34,240 nucleotides of DNA, from NCBI GenBank assembly GCA_033855575.1, contig JAWVFY010000309.1, forward strand, positions 1 to 34,240, written 5' to 3'. A model generated the notes under the pieces. It had not been told where the DNA came from, made no database searches, and worked only from the letters and a program-made list of their open reading frames with translations. The stretch is from Solirubrobacteraceae bacterium (GTDB lineage Bacteria; Actinomycetota; Thermoleophilia; Solirubrobacterales; Solirubrobacteraceae). Shown here in pieces: positions 17,018 to 24,601 of this stretch; the first letter of the stretch is position 1; each line of letters begins with the position of its first letter. Position numbers and translations under genes: made by a program.

Positions 17018-18891
17018 CGCGAGCCGGCCGCCGCCCACGCGGCCCGCTCCTGCGCGAACGCGGCCTCGCGCTGGGAGCGGAACTCGGCGATCTCCGGCTC
17101 GTGGGCGGCCAGGAACCGCTCGTGCTCGAGCAGCGAGAAGCTGGCCGGCTCGATCACGGGTTCCCAGGTGCCTGCGGCGCTGCGCGCGCGCAGCTCCTCG
17201 AGCTCGGCTTCCTCGACGAGCTCGAACCGCAGCTGATCGAAGTGGCGCAACAACCACGGCGGCTCGCTCCGATCGAGCCAGACGGGGACGGTGCGGCCGA
17301 CCAGCTGATAGCCGCCGGGTCCCTCCATGCCGTAGACGCAGAGGAACGCTCCGCCGATCCCCACCGCGTTGGCGGGCGTCCAGGTCCGCGCCGGGTTGTA
17401 CTTCGTGGTCACCAGGCGATGACGGGGGTCCAGGGGTACGGCCACGGGAGCGCCGAGATAGACGTCGCCGAGCCCGAGCACGAGGTAGGACGCGGCAAGG
17501 ACGATCTGCTGGACCTCCTCTTCGGAGTCCAGGCCGTTGATGCGGCGGATGAAGTCGATGTTGTCCGGACACCACGGCGCGTCAGAGCGGACGGAGGTCG
17601 CGTAGCGCTCCACGGCCAGCATCGCCTGAGAGTGGCGCCACGCCAATGGCAGCGTGATGACACGACTGCTCACCTCCAGGGTCTCGGGCAAGGGAAGCGT
17701 CGCCTCGGTGTCGGTCACGAGATCGAGGAGTCGACGCGTCGGCAGGAGGCCGGGGTCGTGCTGGATGTGCAGCGAGCGCACGCCCGGCGTCAGATCGAAC
17801 AACCCCGGCACCCTCAACGTCCGCAGCGCCTCCTGCAACGCGTGGGCGCGGACACGCGAACGAAGCTCGAGCCCGGACTCCCCGAACTCCACGAGCAACG
17901 CCGCCTCCCCCGCCCGCCGATAGGTGACCGGCCCTCCCGGGGAGTCCCCCCGAGCATCGAGGAGCGGGGACAGCCCGGGACCCGCGATCGCCCGGCGATG
18001 GTCGTCGACCGCCACGAGCCGGACCTCGTCGCCGGCGCGCACCTGCCCGAGCTGCCAACGATCTTCAGCCACCACCTGACCGATCGCGACGAACCCCCCG
18101 AGGCTCGGACCGTCGGGACCGACGACAACGGCCATGTCCCCCGCCAGCATCACCGTGCCGACGCCGTAGGCGCTGTCGAGGATGTTCGACGGGTGCAGGC
18201 CCGCGTCACCGCCATCGGAGCGTGCCCAATCGGGTACCGGACCGGTCAGGCGCACTCCGGCACGGTCGGACTGGTGGTGCACGGTCCAGCCGGCGGTGAA
18301 GAGCTCCTCGAGCCCTTCGGGCGTCAGGAAGTCCGGGGCGCCGTGCGGGCCGGGCACGACGCGCAGGTTCCAGGCATTGCCCATCGGCACCGGGGGCTCA
18401 GGCTCCCCGGAACCCGCGGACCCGGGCTCCCCGAACGCCAGCGTGTCGCCCTTGCGCAACGCCCCACCGCCGAGACCGGCCGGCGCGAACACCGCCTGGC
18501 TGCCCATCGCCAACGCGGTGTCCACGCCTCCCGCGACGGCCAGGTAGGCGCGCATGCCAACGCTCCGGATCACGCCGAGCTTGACCAGTGCGCCCGCCGG
18601 CACGTCGATCGCCGACCACTGCGGTGCCGGCGTGCCATCGACCTCGACGATCAGCGGCGCCCCGGTCACCGCGATCCGAGCGCCGTCGGGAAACCGCAGC
18701 CGCGGTCCTGTCACCGTGACCTCCAGCCCGGCCGATTCGTCCGCGTTGCCGACGAGTCGGTTGGCCGTCCGCAGCGAGCGATCATCCATCGGTCCCGACG
18801 GCGGAACGCCGACCTCCCAGAGTCCCAGACGTCCCGGCAAGGCCTGCACCGTGGTCAGCGTCCCGGCCGATACGACCTCGGCGGCGCTCAC
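17014..18891 (-). CDS. Stand-alone carboxyltransferase (CT) domain of urea/guanidine carboxylase: KipA/PxpC-like A-B subdomains fused to KipI/PxpB-like C-D subdomains, with no biotin carboxylase and no BCCP
   Basis: A 625-aa protein. The N-terminal half, GTLTTVQALPGRLGLWEVGVPPSGPMDDRSLRTANRLVGN, is KipA/AHS2-like. The C-terminal half, with PWCPDNIDFIRRINGL and GIGGAFLCVYGMEGPGGYQLVGRT, is KipI/AHS1-like as in urea carboxylase. The GTG start at 18889-18891 overlaps the stop of the upstream DUF1989 gene, so there is no room for a BC domain. The protein ends ..AQERAAWAAAGSR without a biotinyl-lysine (AMKM-type) motif. Confidence 0.85.
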   Translation of the reverse strand: MSAAEVVSAGTLTTVQALPGRLGLWEVGVPPSGPMDDRSLRTANRLVGNADESAGLEVTVTGPRLRFPDGARIAVTGAPLIVEVDGTPAPQWSAIDVPAGALVKLGVIRSVGMRAYLAVAGGVDTALAMGSQAVFAPAGLGGGALRKGDTLAFGEPGSAGSGEPEPPVPMGNAWNLRVVPGPHGAPDFLTPEGLEELFTAGWTVHHQSDRAGVRLTGPVPDWARSDGGDAGLHPSNILDSAYGVGTVMLAGDMAVVVGPDGPSLGGFVAIGQVVAEDRWQLGQVRAGDEVRLVAVDDHRRAIAGPGLSPLLDARGDSPGGPVTYRRAGEAALLVEFGESGLELRSRVRAHALQEALRTLRVPGLFDLTPGVRSLHIQHDPGLLPTRRLLDLVTDTEATLPLPETLEVSSRVITLPLAWRHSQAMLAVERYATSVRSDAPWCPDNIDFIRRINGLDSEEEVQQIVLAASYLVLGLGDVYLGAPVAVPLDPRHRLVTTKYNPARTWTPANAVGIGGAFLCVYGMEGPGGYQLVGRTVPVWLDRSEPPWLLRHFDQLRFELVEEAELEELRARSAAGTWEPVIEPASFSLLEHERFLAAHEPEIAEFRSQREAAFAQERAAWAAAGSR

Positions 18892-19532
18892 GCGGCGGGC
18901 GTGACCACCAGCCGGATCGGCGTGGGGTCATAGCCGTTGCACGGGTTGTTCAACTGCGGGCAGTTGGAGATCAGGACCAGCGTGTCTCGCTGGGCCAGCA
19001 GGTCGAGATGCTTGCCGGGTGCCGAGATGCCGTCGGCGAACTCGAGCCCGCCGTCGGGGGTGAGCGGCACGTTCATGAAGAAGTTCACGTTGTGGCCGAG
19101 GTCGCGCTTGCTCAGCCCTCGGCCCCACACCAGCGCCTGGGCCAGGAACGTGTTGCGACACGCGTGCATGTGACGCGTGTGCTCGCCGTAGCGGACGACG
19201 TTGCTCTCCTGGGAGCACGCGCCACCCAGCGTGTCGTGACGCCCGCAGGTGTCCTCGACGATCGTCACCAGCGGCAATCCATCGACCGCCAGCAGCGACG
19301 AGCCGATCGTCAGGTAGGCGGAGCCCTGCTCTCGAAGCGTATCCACGGCGCTGTAGCGGTTGGCGTAGTCATGCGCGTCGAAGAACAGGGTGTCGACGGC
19401 CTGATTGCCATGCAGGTCGACGATCCGCAGCGTCTCGCCGGCATGCAGTTCGCCGATCCATCCGTCTCCGGCGGAGACCTCGAGCTCAAGCTTCGCCCGG
19501 GTGCCGGCGCCCTGCCTCTCGACCGTGTTCAC
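18888..19532 (-). CDS. DUF1989 / urea-carboxylase-associated family protein (carboxyguanidine deiminase subunit-like)
   Basis: A 214-aa protein starting VNTVERQGAG. It contains LRIVDLHGNQAVDTLFFDAHD and ISNCPQLNNPCNGYDPTPIRL. The GTG at 19530-19532 overlaps the upstream stop (GTGA), and GGAGG lies 9 nt upstream. Confidence 0.85.
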   Translation of the reverse strand: MNTVERQGAGTRAKLELEVSAGDGWIGELHAGETLRIVDLHGNQAVDTLFFDAHDYANRYSAVDTLREQGSAYLTIGSSLLAVDGLPLVTIVEDTCGRHDTLGGACSQESNVVRYGEHTRHMHACRNTFLAQALVWGRGLSKRDLGHNVNFFMNVPLTPDGGLEFADGISAPGKHLDLLAQRDTLVLISNCPQLNNPCNGYDPTPIRLVVTPAA

Positions 19533-20236
19533 GTGAGCGCAACCTCCAACTCGGTGGCCGCGAATCCGCGCTCGTTCTCCGGACAGGCCAGGCGCACCGG
19601 ATCGTCGGGGGCCGCCGGGCGGACGTCCGCGATGGCCAGCCTGACGGGCCGAGGCCGCCACGCGGGCTCGGGGTCGAGAGGATGTGGCACGGCGCAGGCC
19701 ACGACCAGCGTGTCCATCTCGAAGCGCAGCCGGACGTGCGCACCGGCGGGCGAGCTGTCCGAGACGAACGAGAGCGCACCGTCATCGCCGACCGCGATCC
19801 TGGTGAAGAAGTTGACGTTGGCGACGAGGTCGCGTCGGCCCAGCTCGTGCTTGGCCAGCTCGACGAGAAGCCCCTCACGGGCGCTGCGGCGCCACGCGTT
19901 GTGGCCCTCCTGGTAGCTCATCGTGCCCCAGCGTCCTGCGACGTGACCGGGCGTCGCGTGGCCGGTGATGGTGTCGTGCCAGCCGCACGTGTCCTCGACG
20001 ACCGAGACCAGCACACGCCCCATGTCGGAGTGGAGCGCCACGCCCTGGGTGATCCGCGAGCAGTGCTGCGCCTTGAGCGTGTCGGGCATGCAGTAGCGCT
20101 CGACCGGTTGATCCGCGCGATAGAAGAGCGCAGAGAGGTTGGCGCCCCCTTCGAGGTCGGTCAGCGTCATCGCCGTGCCACGCCGGCAGACCTGTGACCA
20201 GCTGGCGCCCCCCGGGAGGATCGCATCGACGATCAC
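19529..20236 (-). CDS. DUF1989 / urea-carboxylase-associated family protein (second carboxyguanidine deiminase subunit-like paralog)
   Basis: A 235-aa protein starting VIVDAILPGGASWSQV. It contains LTDLEGGANLSALFYRAD and VVEDTCGWHDT, which parallels IVEDTCGRHDT in the paralog. The GTG at 20234-20236 overlaps the stop of the MBL gene (GTGA), and GGAGG lies upstream. Confidence 0.85.
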   Translation of the reverse strand: MIVDAILPGGASWSQVCRRGTAMTLTDLEGGANLSALFYRADQPVERYCMPDTLKAQHCSRITQGVALHSDMGRVLVSVVEDTCGWHDTITGHATPGHVAGRWGTMSYQEGHNAWRRSAREGLLVELAKHELGRRDLVANVNFFTRIAVGDDGALSFVSDSSPAGAHVRLRFEMDTLVVACAVPHPLDPEPAWRPRPVRLAIADVRPAAPDDPVRLACPENERGFAATELEVALT

Positions 20237-21123
20237 GCCGCGACCTCCGATGCCGACCAGTCCACGGGCACGAACACGCTGAAGCCGTCGAACACCGCCT
20301 CGCGCACCTCGCCGCCCACGCAGTCGACCCCCGAACGCAGCGCGACCTCTCCTCCCAGCACGCGCGCGAACGCGTCGGCCTGCAGGGCCAGAAAGGCCGG
20401 TGGGACCTCCGTGCGCATGAAGTGCGAGCAGAACACACGATCCCATCGCTCCGACCGCGCCGCCAGCCCGGACAGCGACGCCTGGAGGGCGCCCAGGTCG
20501 GAGTCGGGCAACTGGGCATAGACCGGTCCGGTGTTGACGGTGTCGCCTCCGAACAGCATGCCCTCGCCCATGAGGTCCAGGCACACGCAGTCCGGCGAGT
20601 GGCCCGGGGTGTGGATGACGTCGAGCCGGCGGCCGCCGAGATCGATCGAGTCACCGTCCTCGATCACGCCCGTCGCCACGAACCCGTCGATGTGCCAGGC
20701 CGAACGGACCTCGGGCGTCAGCCGGCGCACGGTGTGCTGGTCTGCGATCAGGTGGAAATAGCGGTCGTCGAGCTGCTGGTAGTGCCCGAAGCAGTCCTCT
20801 TGGCCCGTCGCGTACTGGAGGTAGGCGTCCAGCAGCTCCGTGGGGACAGCCCGGGCCAGCCCATCCACCCCGAGCGGGTGGATCAGGATCTCCTCGAACT
20901 CGTCGTCGCCACCGATGTGATCGAAGTGGTGGTGCGTGTGGACGACGGTGACCGGCCGGTCCGTCAGAGCCTCGACGACGGGGCGGATCGCAGCAAAGCC
21001 GCAGCCCGTGTCGATCAGCGCAGCTCTGTTCTCACCGGCCACGAGCCAGGAGCAGACGTGCCCAGGCTCGGTGAGCTGCCACACACCCTCTGCGAGCTCC
21101 GTCACGGAGAACCACTCACGCAT
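20233..21123 (-). CDS. Metallo-beta-lactamase-fold hydrolase
   Basis: A 296-aa protein. HTHHHFDHIGG is the HxHxDH zinc motif, and TPGHSPD follows later. The ATG lies 3 nt downstream of the stop of the permease gene. Confidence 0.85.
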   Translation of the reverse strand: MREWFSVTELAEGVWQLTEPGHVCSWLVAGENRAALIDTGCGFAAIRPVVEALTDRPVTVVHTHHHFDHIGGDDEFEEILIHPLGVDGLARAVPTELLDAYLQYATGQEDCFGHYQQLDDRYFHLIADQHTVRRLTPEVRSAWHIDGFVATGVIEDGDSIDLGGRRLDVIHTPGHSPDCVCLDLMGEGMLFGGDTVNTGPVYAQLPDSDLGALQASLSGLAARSERWDRVFCSHFMRTEVPPAFLALQADAFARVLGGEVALRSGVDCVGGEVREAVFDGFSVFVPVDWSASEVAA

Positions 21124-21126
21124 CGA

Positions 21127-22128
21127 TCAGACCGTCCTGATGCGCGGGTCCGCCCACGCCTGCGCGACGTCGACGAGGAAGTTGACGACCACGTAGATCG
21201 TCCCGAGAAGCAGCGTCGCGCCGGTGATCGCCGGGAAGTCGGAGTAGGCGATCGACTGGTCGATGTAGAGGCCCAGTCCCGGCCACGCGAAGATCGACTC
21301 CACCACGACGATGCCTCCAAGCAGAAGCCCGAACTGCAGGCCCGCCATCGTGAGCGCAGGGCCGGCGGCGTTGCGCAGAGCATGGCGCAGCAGCACGGTG
21401 CGCTCCCGAAGGCCCTTCGACCGCGCTGTGCGAACGTAGTCCTCGCGCATCACCGTCGTCAGCGACGTGCTCAGCGTCCGCGCGATGGCCAGCGCGGGCA
21501 GCAGGGCCAGCGTCAGACCCGGCATCAGCAGGTGGCCCAACGCGCTGAAGAACACGTTCGGCTCGACGTGCAGCAGCGAGTCGATCAGCAGGAAGCGCGT
21601 CGGGCCGGTCGGCAGCACGAGGGTGTCGGTCACGCGCCCCGAGGCGGGCAGCAGATGCAGGCCCGAGTAGAGGACGAGGATCAGGATCAGGCCGAACAGG
21701 AAGCTCGGCACCGACGCCCCGCCGATGAGCGCGCGCCGGATCCAGCGGCCCGCCCGCCCGCCGCCCGCCAGCAGGAGCCCCAGCCCGAGACCGATCACGC
21801 CCGCCAGGAAGGCCGCGAACAGCGCCAGCTCCATGGTCGCCGGCGCGAAGGTGCCGAGATCGTCGACCACCGGGTTACGTGTGCGAAGGGAGCTCTGGAG
21901 GTCGCCGTGCAGCAGGCGGCCGGCGAACCGCACGAAGCGCTCGGGAAGCGGCCTGTCGTAGCCGAGCTCGTGCCGCTTGGCCGCGACGACCTTCGGTGAG
22001 GCGCTCGCGCCGACGACGGCTCGGGCCGGGTCGGCCGGCACCACGACCTCCAGCACGAAGGTGATGACCGCCAGCCCCGCCAACACGGCGACGAGGCCCG
22101 CGAACCGGCGTCCGAGGAGACCGGCCAT
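21127..22128 (-). CDS. ABC transporter permease, DppB/OppB-like
   Basis: A 333-aa protein starting MAGLLGRRFAGLVAVLAGLAVITFVL. It has multiple TM segments and the EAA-loop region REDYVRTARSKGL. The ATG at 22126-22128 overlaps the SBP stop by 1 nt (TGATG). Confidence 0.85.
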   Translation of the reverse strand: MAGLLGRRFAGLVAVLAGLAVITFVLEVVVPADPARAVVGASASPKVVAAKRHELGYDRPLPERFVRFAGRLLHGDLQSSLRTRNPVVDDLGTFAPATMELALFAAFLAGVIGLGLGLLLAGGGRAGRWIRRALIGGASVPSFLFGLILILVLYSGLHLLPASGRVTDTLVLPTGPTRFLLIDSLLHVEPNVFFSALGHLLMPGLTLALLPALAIARTLSTSLTTVMREDYVRTARSKGLRERTVLLRHALRNAAGPALTMAGLQFGLLLGGIVVVESIFAWPGLGLYIDQSIAYSDFPAITGATLLLGTIYVVVNFLVDVAQAWADPRIRTV

Positions 22129-23702
22129 CAGCCGGTCCCTCGCAGCGCCGCCAGGTCGACCGTCCAGGGATAGGCAGGCACCGCCTGCACGTTGGTCAGC
22201 TTGTTGCTCAGGACGAAGACGTTCTTGACGTCGCCGAGGAAGAACATCTCGTTGCTGTCGAGCACGCGCTGGCCGACCTGCGAGTACAGCGCGTCGGCCT
22301 TGGCCTTCGGCGCGCTCACTGCCTGGTCGAGCAGCTTGTCGATCGTCGGGTCCTTGAAGCCCAGGAAGTCCAGCCCTCCCGAGGAGTAGAAGAGGATCCG
22401 CGCCCACGTGTCGGGGTCGGCGGCGTCGGGGGTGTTGGTGACGAGCAGGAGGTCCGGGGCGTGCGCCAGATCCTTGACGTACCCGTAGACCTGCGGCAGC
22501 TGGACCTCCTTGAGCGTGACGTCGTAGCCCGCGGCCGAGAGCTGGGCCTGCAGCAGCTCGCTGGCTCTGCGCTGGACACCTGACTCGTCGGCGGTGTAGG
22601 CCAGCGTGATCGACCTCGTCTTCGCCTTGGCGCTGATCGCCTTCGCCGCCGCGGTGTTGGGCTTGTAGGGCAGGCCCGGCTGACTCGGCAGCAGGCCGGG
22701 CGGATAGGCGCCGGTGGACGCGGTGGCGGTGCCCGCGTACGCCTGCGAGACGAGCTGGCCGACGTCGAAGGTCGATCGCAGACCCGCGCGGATGGCCGGA
22801 TCCGAGAACGGAGCCCGGTTGGTGTTGACGTAGAGCAGCAGCCGCAGGTAGGAGCTCTCGCGCTTGACGGTCAGGTTGGACGGCAGCGAGCTGAGCTCCG
22901 AGGCGGGGAACGAGTGCAGGATCGCGTCAAGGTCGCCGTTCTGCAGCTCGAGGCGCTGCGTCCCGATGTCCGGCGTGATCTTGAAGATGATCTTCTGGAA
23001 GTAGGGAGCCGTTCCCCAGTAGCCGGGTGCGCGTGTCAGCACGTACTGGCGTCCACGGTCGAACGCCGTGATCTCATAGGGGCCGGTGCCGTCCTCGTGG
23101 GTGCGCAGCCAGGTCTGCGCGTGGTCTGATCCCGCGTGCTGCGTGATCGCGCCGGGCCCGATGATCTTGGGGCCCCAGCTCGAGGCCATGTAGGCCAGGA
23201 ACGGGTTGACCGGATGCTTGAGCTTGATGACGAGCTCGAGCGGCTTCGGCGTCAGCATGCTCTTGACCGGCTCAAGCATGTAGGAGGGTGCCTGGGCGAC
23301 CGCGAGACGTCGCTCGAAGCTTGCCTTGACCGCTGTCGACGTCAGCTTGCTGCCGTCATGGAAGCGAACACCGGGTCGCAGGTGGAACGTGTAGGTCAGC
23401 CGGTCAGGCGAGACCGTCCAGGACGCGGCCAGGCTGCCGACGATCCTCGACGAGCCCGGCGCGTACTTCAGCAGGCCGTCGTAGCTGTTGAGGATCACCG
23501 AGTTGCCCTCGATGTCGTAGAAGACGTCGGGATCGGGCACCGACATGTCGGCGAGATACGGGATGCGCAGCACGGCGTTGCTCGCGCCGGACGCGCCGCC
23601 CGCCGCTGTTCCGCCGACGCTGCTGGACGTGCTCTTTGCGCCGCACCCTGCTGCGAGCAGGGCCGCCAGGGTGAGCACGGCCAGGATCGAACGGTGCCTC
23701 AT
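22128..23702 (-). CDS. ABC transporter substrate-binding lipoprotein, family 5 (peptide/nickel/opine type)
   Basis: A 524-aa protein starting MRHRSILAVLTLAALLAAGCGA, a lipoprotein-type signal. Family-5 SBP blocks are SLAASWTVSPDRLTYTFHLRPGVRFHDGSKLT and GTGPYEI. The ATG at 23700-23702 overlaps the upstream stop (ATGA), and AAGGAA lies upstream. Confidence 0.9.
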   Translation of the reverse strand: MRHRSILAVLTLAALLAAGCGAKSTSSSVGGTAAGGASGASNAVLRIPYLADMSVPDPDVFYDIEGNSVILNSYDGLLKYAPGSSRIVGSLAASWTVSPDRLTYTFHLRPGVRFHDGSKLTSTAVKASFERRLAVAQAPSYMLEPVKSMLTPKPLELVIKLKHPVNPFLAYMASSWGPKIIGPGAITQHAGSDHAQTWLRTHEDGTGPYEITAFDRGRQYVLTRAPGYWGTAPYFQKIIFKITPDIGTQRLELQNGDLDAILHSFPASELSSLPSNLTVKRESSYLRLLLYVNTNRAPFSDPAIRAGLRSTFDVGQLVSQAYAGTATASTGAYPPGLLPSQPGLPYKPNTAAAKAISAKAKTRSITLAYTADESGVQRRASELLQAQLSAAGYDVTLKEVQLPQVYGYVKDLAHAPDLLLVTNTPDAADPDTWARILFYSSGGLDFLGFKDPTIDKLLDQAVSAPKAKADALYSQVGQRVLDSNEMFFLGDVKNVFVLSNKLTNVQAVPAYPWTVDLAALRGTG

Positions 23703-24601
23703 CGGGTGTTCCTTTGGTCGAGGTGACGGTTGATGGCGTCGCCCATGACGTTCGCGGTGAACGCAAGCAGCGCGACGGCCACGGCAGGTGCGAGCGGGAC
23801 CCACGGATGGCCGAAGAGGTAGTCCAGGCCCCGCGCGCTCATCGCCCCGAGCTCAGGTGCCGGCGCCGGCGCGCCCAGGCCGATGAACGACAGGGCGGCC
23901 AGCGCAAGGATCAGGTTGCCGACGTCCAGGGACATCGTGACGACCACCGGCGCGACGGCGCCCGGCAGGAGGTGGCGCAGGACCAGCCGTCTGCGGCTGA
24001 CGCCCGCCAGCCGCGCCGCCTCGGCGTGCGGCCGGACGGCGAGCGCGCGGACCTCGGCGCGAACGATCCGCGCGTACCAGGGCCACCACACGATGCTCAG
24101 CGCGAGCAATGTGTGAAACAGGCTGGGGCCCATCGAGGCCACGATGGCGATCGCCAAGACCGGCGCCGGCAGCGAGATGAACAGGTCGGTCAAGCGCATC
24201 AGGACCGTGTCGACGATGCCGCCCAGCGCGCCGGCCAGCGCTCCCACGAGCGCACCGAACGCCGCGCCGAGCGAGATGACGCCCAGCGCGGCGAGCCACG
24301 AGGTCCGCAGGCCGATCAGCACCCTCGACAGCACGTCGCGGCCGATCTCGTCGGTCCCCAGGAGGTTGTGCACCGAGAGCCCGTGCAACGGACCGGCAGC
24401 CGTGATCTGCAGCGCACTGTCAGGCGCCAGCAGCGGCGCGATCAAGATCACCAGCGTCAGCACCGCGACGGGTAGAAGGGCGCGGCGCAGGCCCGCGGGG
24501 CTCACGCTGCCGGACGGCGTGCCGCGACGCCGCACGAACGCGCCGACGGCTCCACGCGCCACGGCCGGTGCCGCGTCAGACGTCGTGGGCGCCATCGCCA
24601 T
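23699..24601 (-). CDS. ABC transporter permease, DppC/OppC-like
   Basis: A 300-aa protein starting MAMAPTTSD. It contains LLGTDEIGRDVLSRVLIG, typical of OppC/DppC, and has several TM segments. The ATG at 24599-24601 overlaps the ATPase stop by 1 nt. Confidence 0.85.
   Translation of the reverse strand: MAMAPTTSDAAPAVARGAVGAFVRRRGTPSGSVSPAGLRRALLPVAVLTLVILIAPLLAPDSALQITAAGPLHGLSVHNLLGTDEIGRDVLSRVLIGLRTSWLAALGVISLGAAFGALVGALAGALGGIVDTVLMRLTDLFISLPAPVLAIAIVASMGPSLFHTLLALSIVWWPWYARIVRAEVRALAVRPHAEAARLAGVSRRRLVLRHLLPGAVAPVVVTMSLDVGNLILALAALSFIGLGAPAPAPELGAMSARGLDYLFGHPWVPLAPAVAVALLAFTANVMGDAINRHLDQRNTR

Noticed and set aside
17014-18891. Reading the KipA-KipI fusion as a PxpBC 5-oxoprolinase or a KipI/KipA kinase-inhibitor pair.
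   Set aside because: No PxpA/LamB-like gene is present. The subdomain order (A-B then C-D in one chain) and motifs such as PWCPDNIDFIRRINGL match urea/guanidine carboxylase. The flanking DUF1989 pair, the allophanate hydrolase and the guanidine riboswitch all fit the carboxylase context. This still needs a phylogeny to settle.
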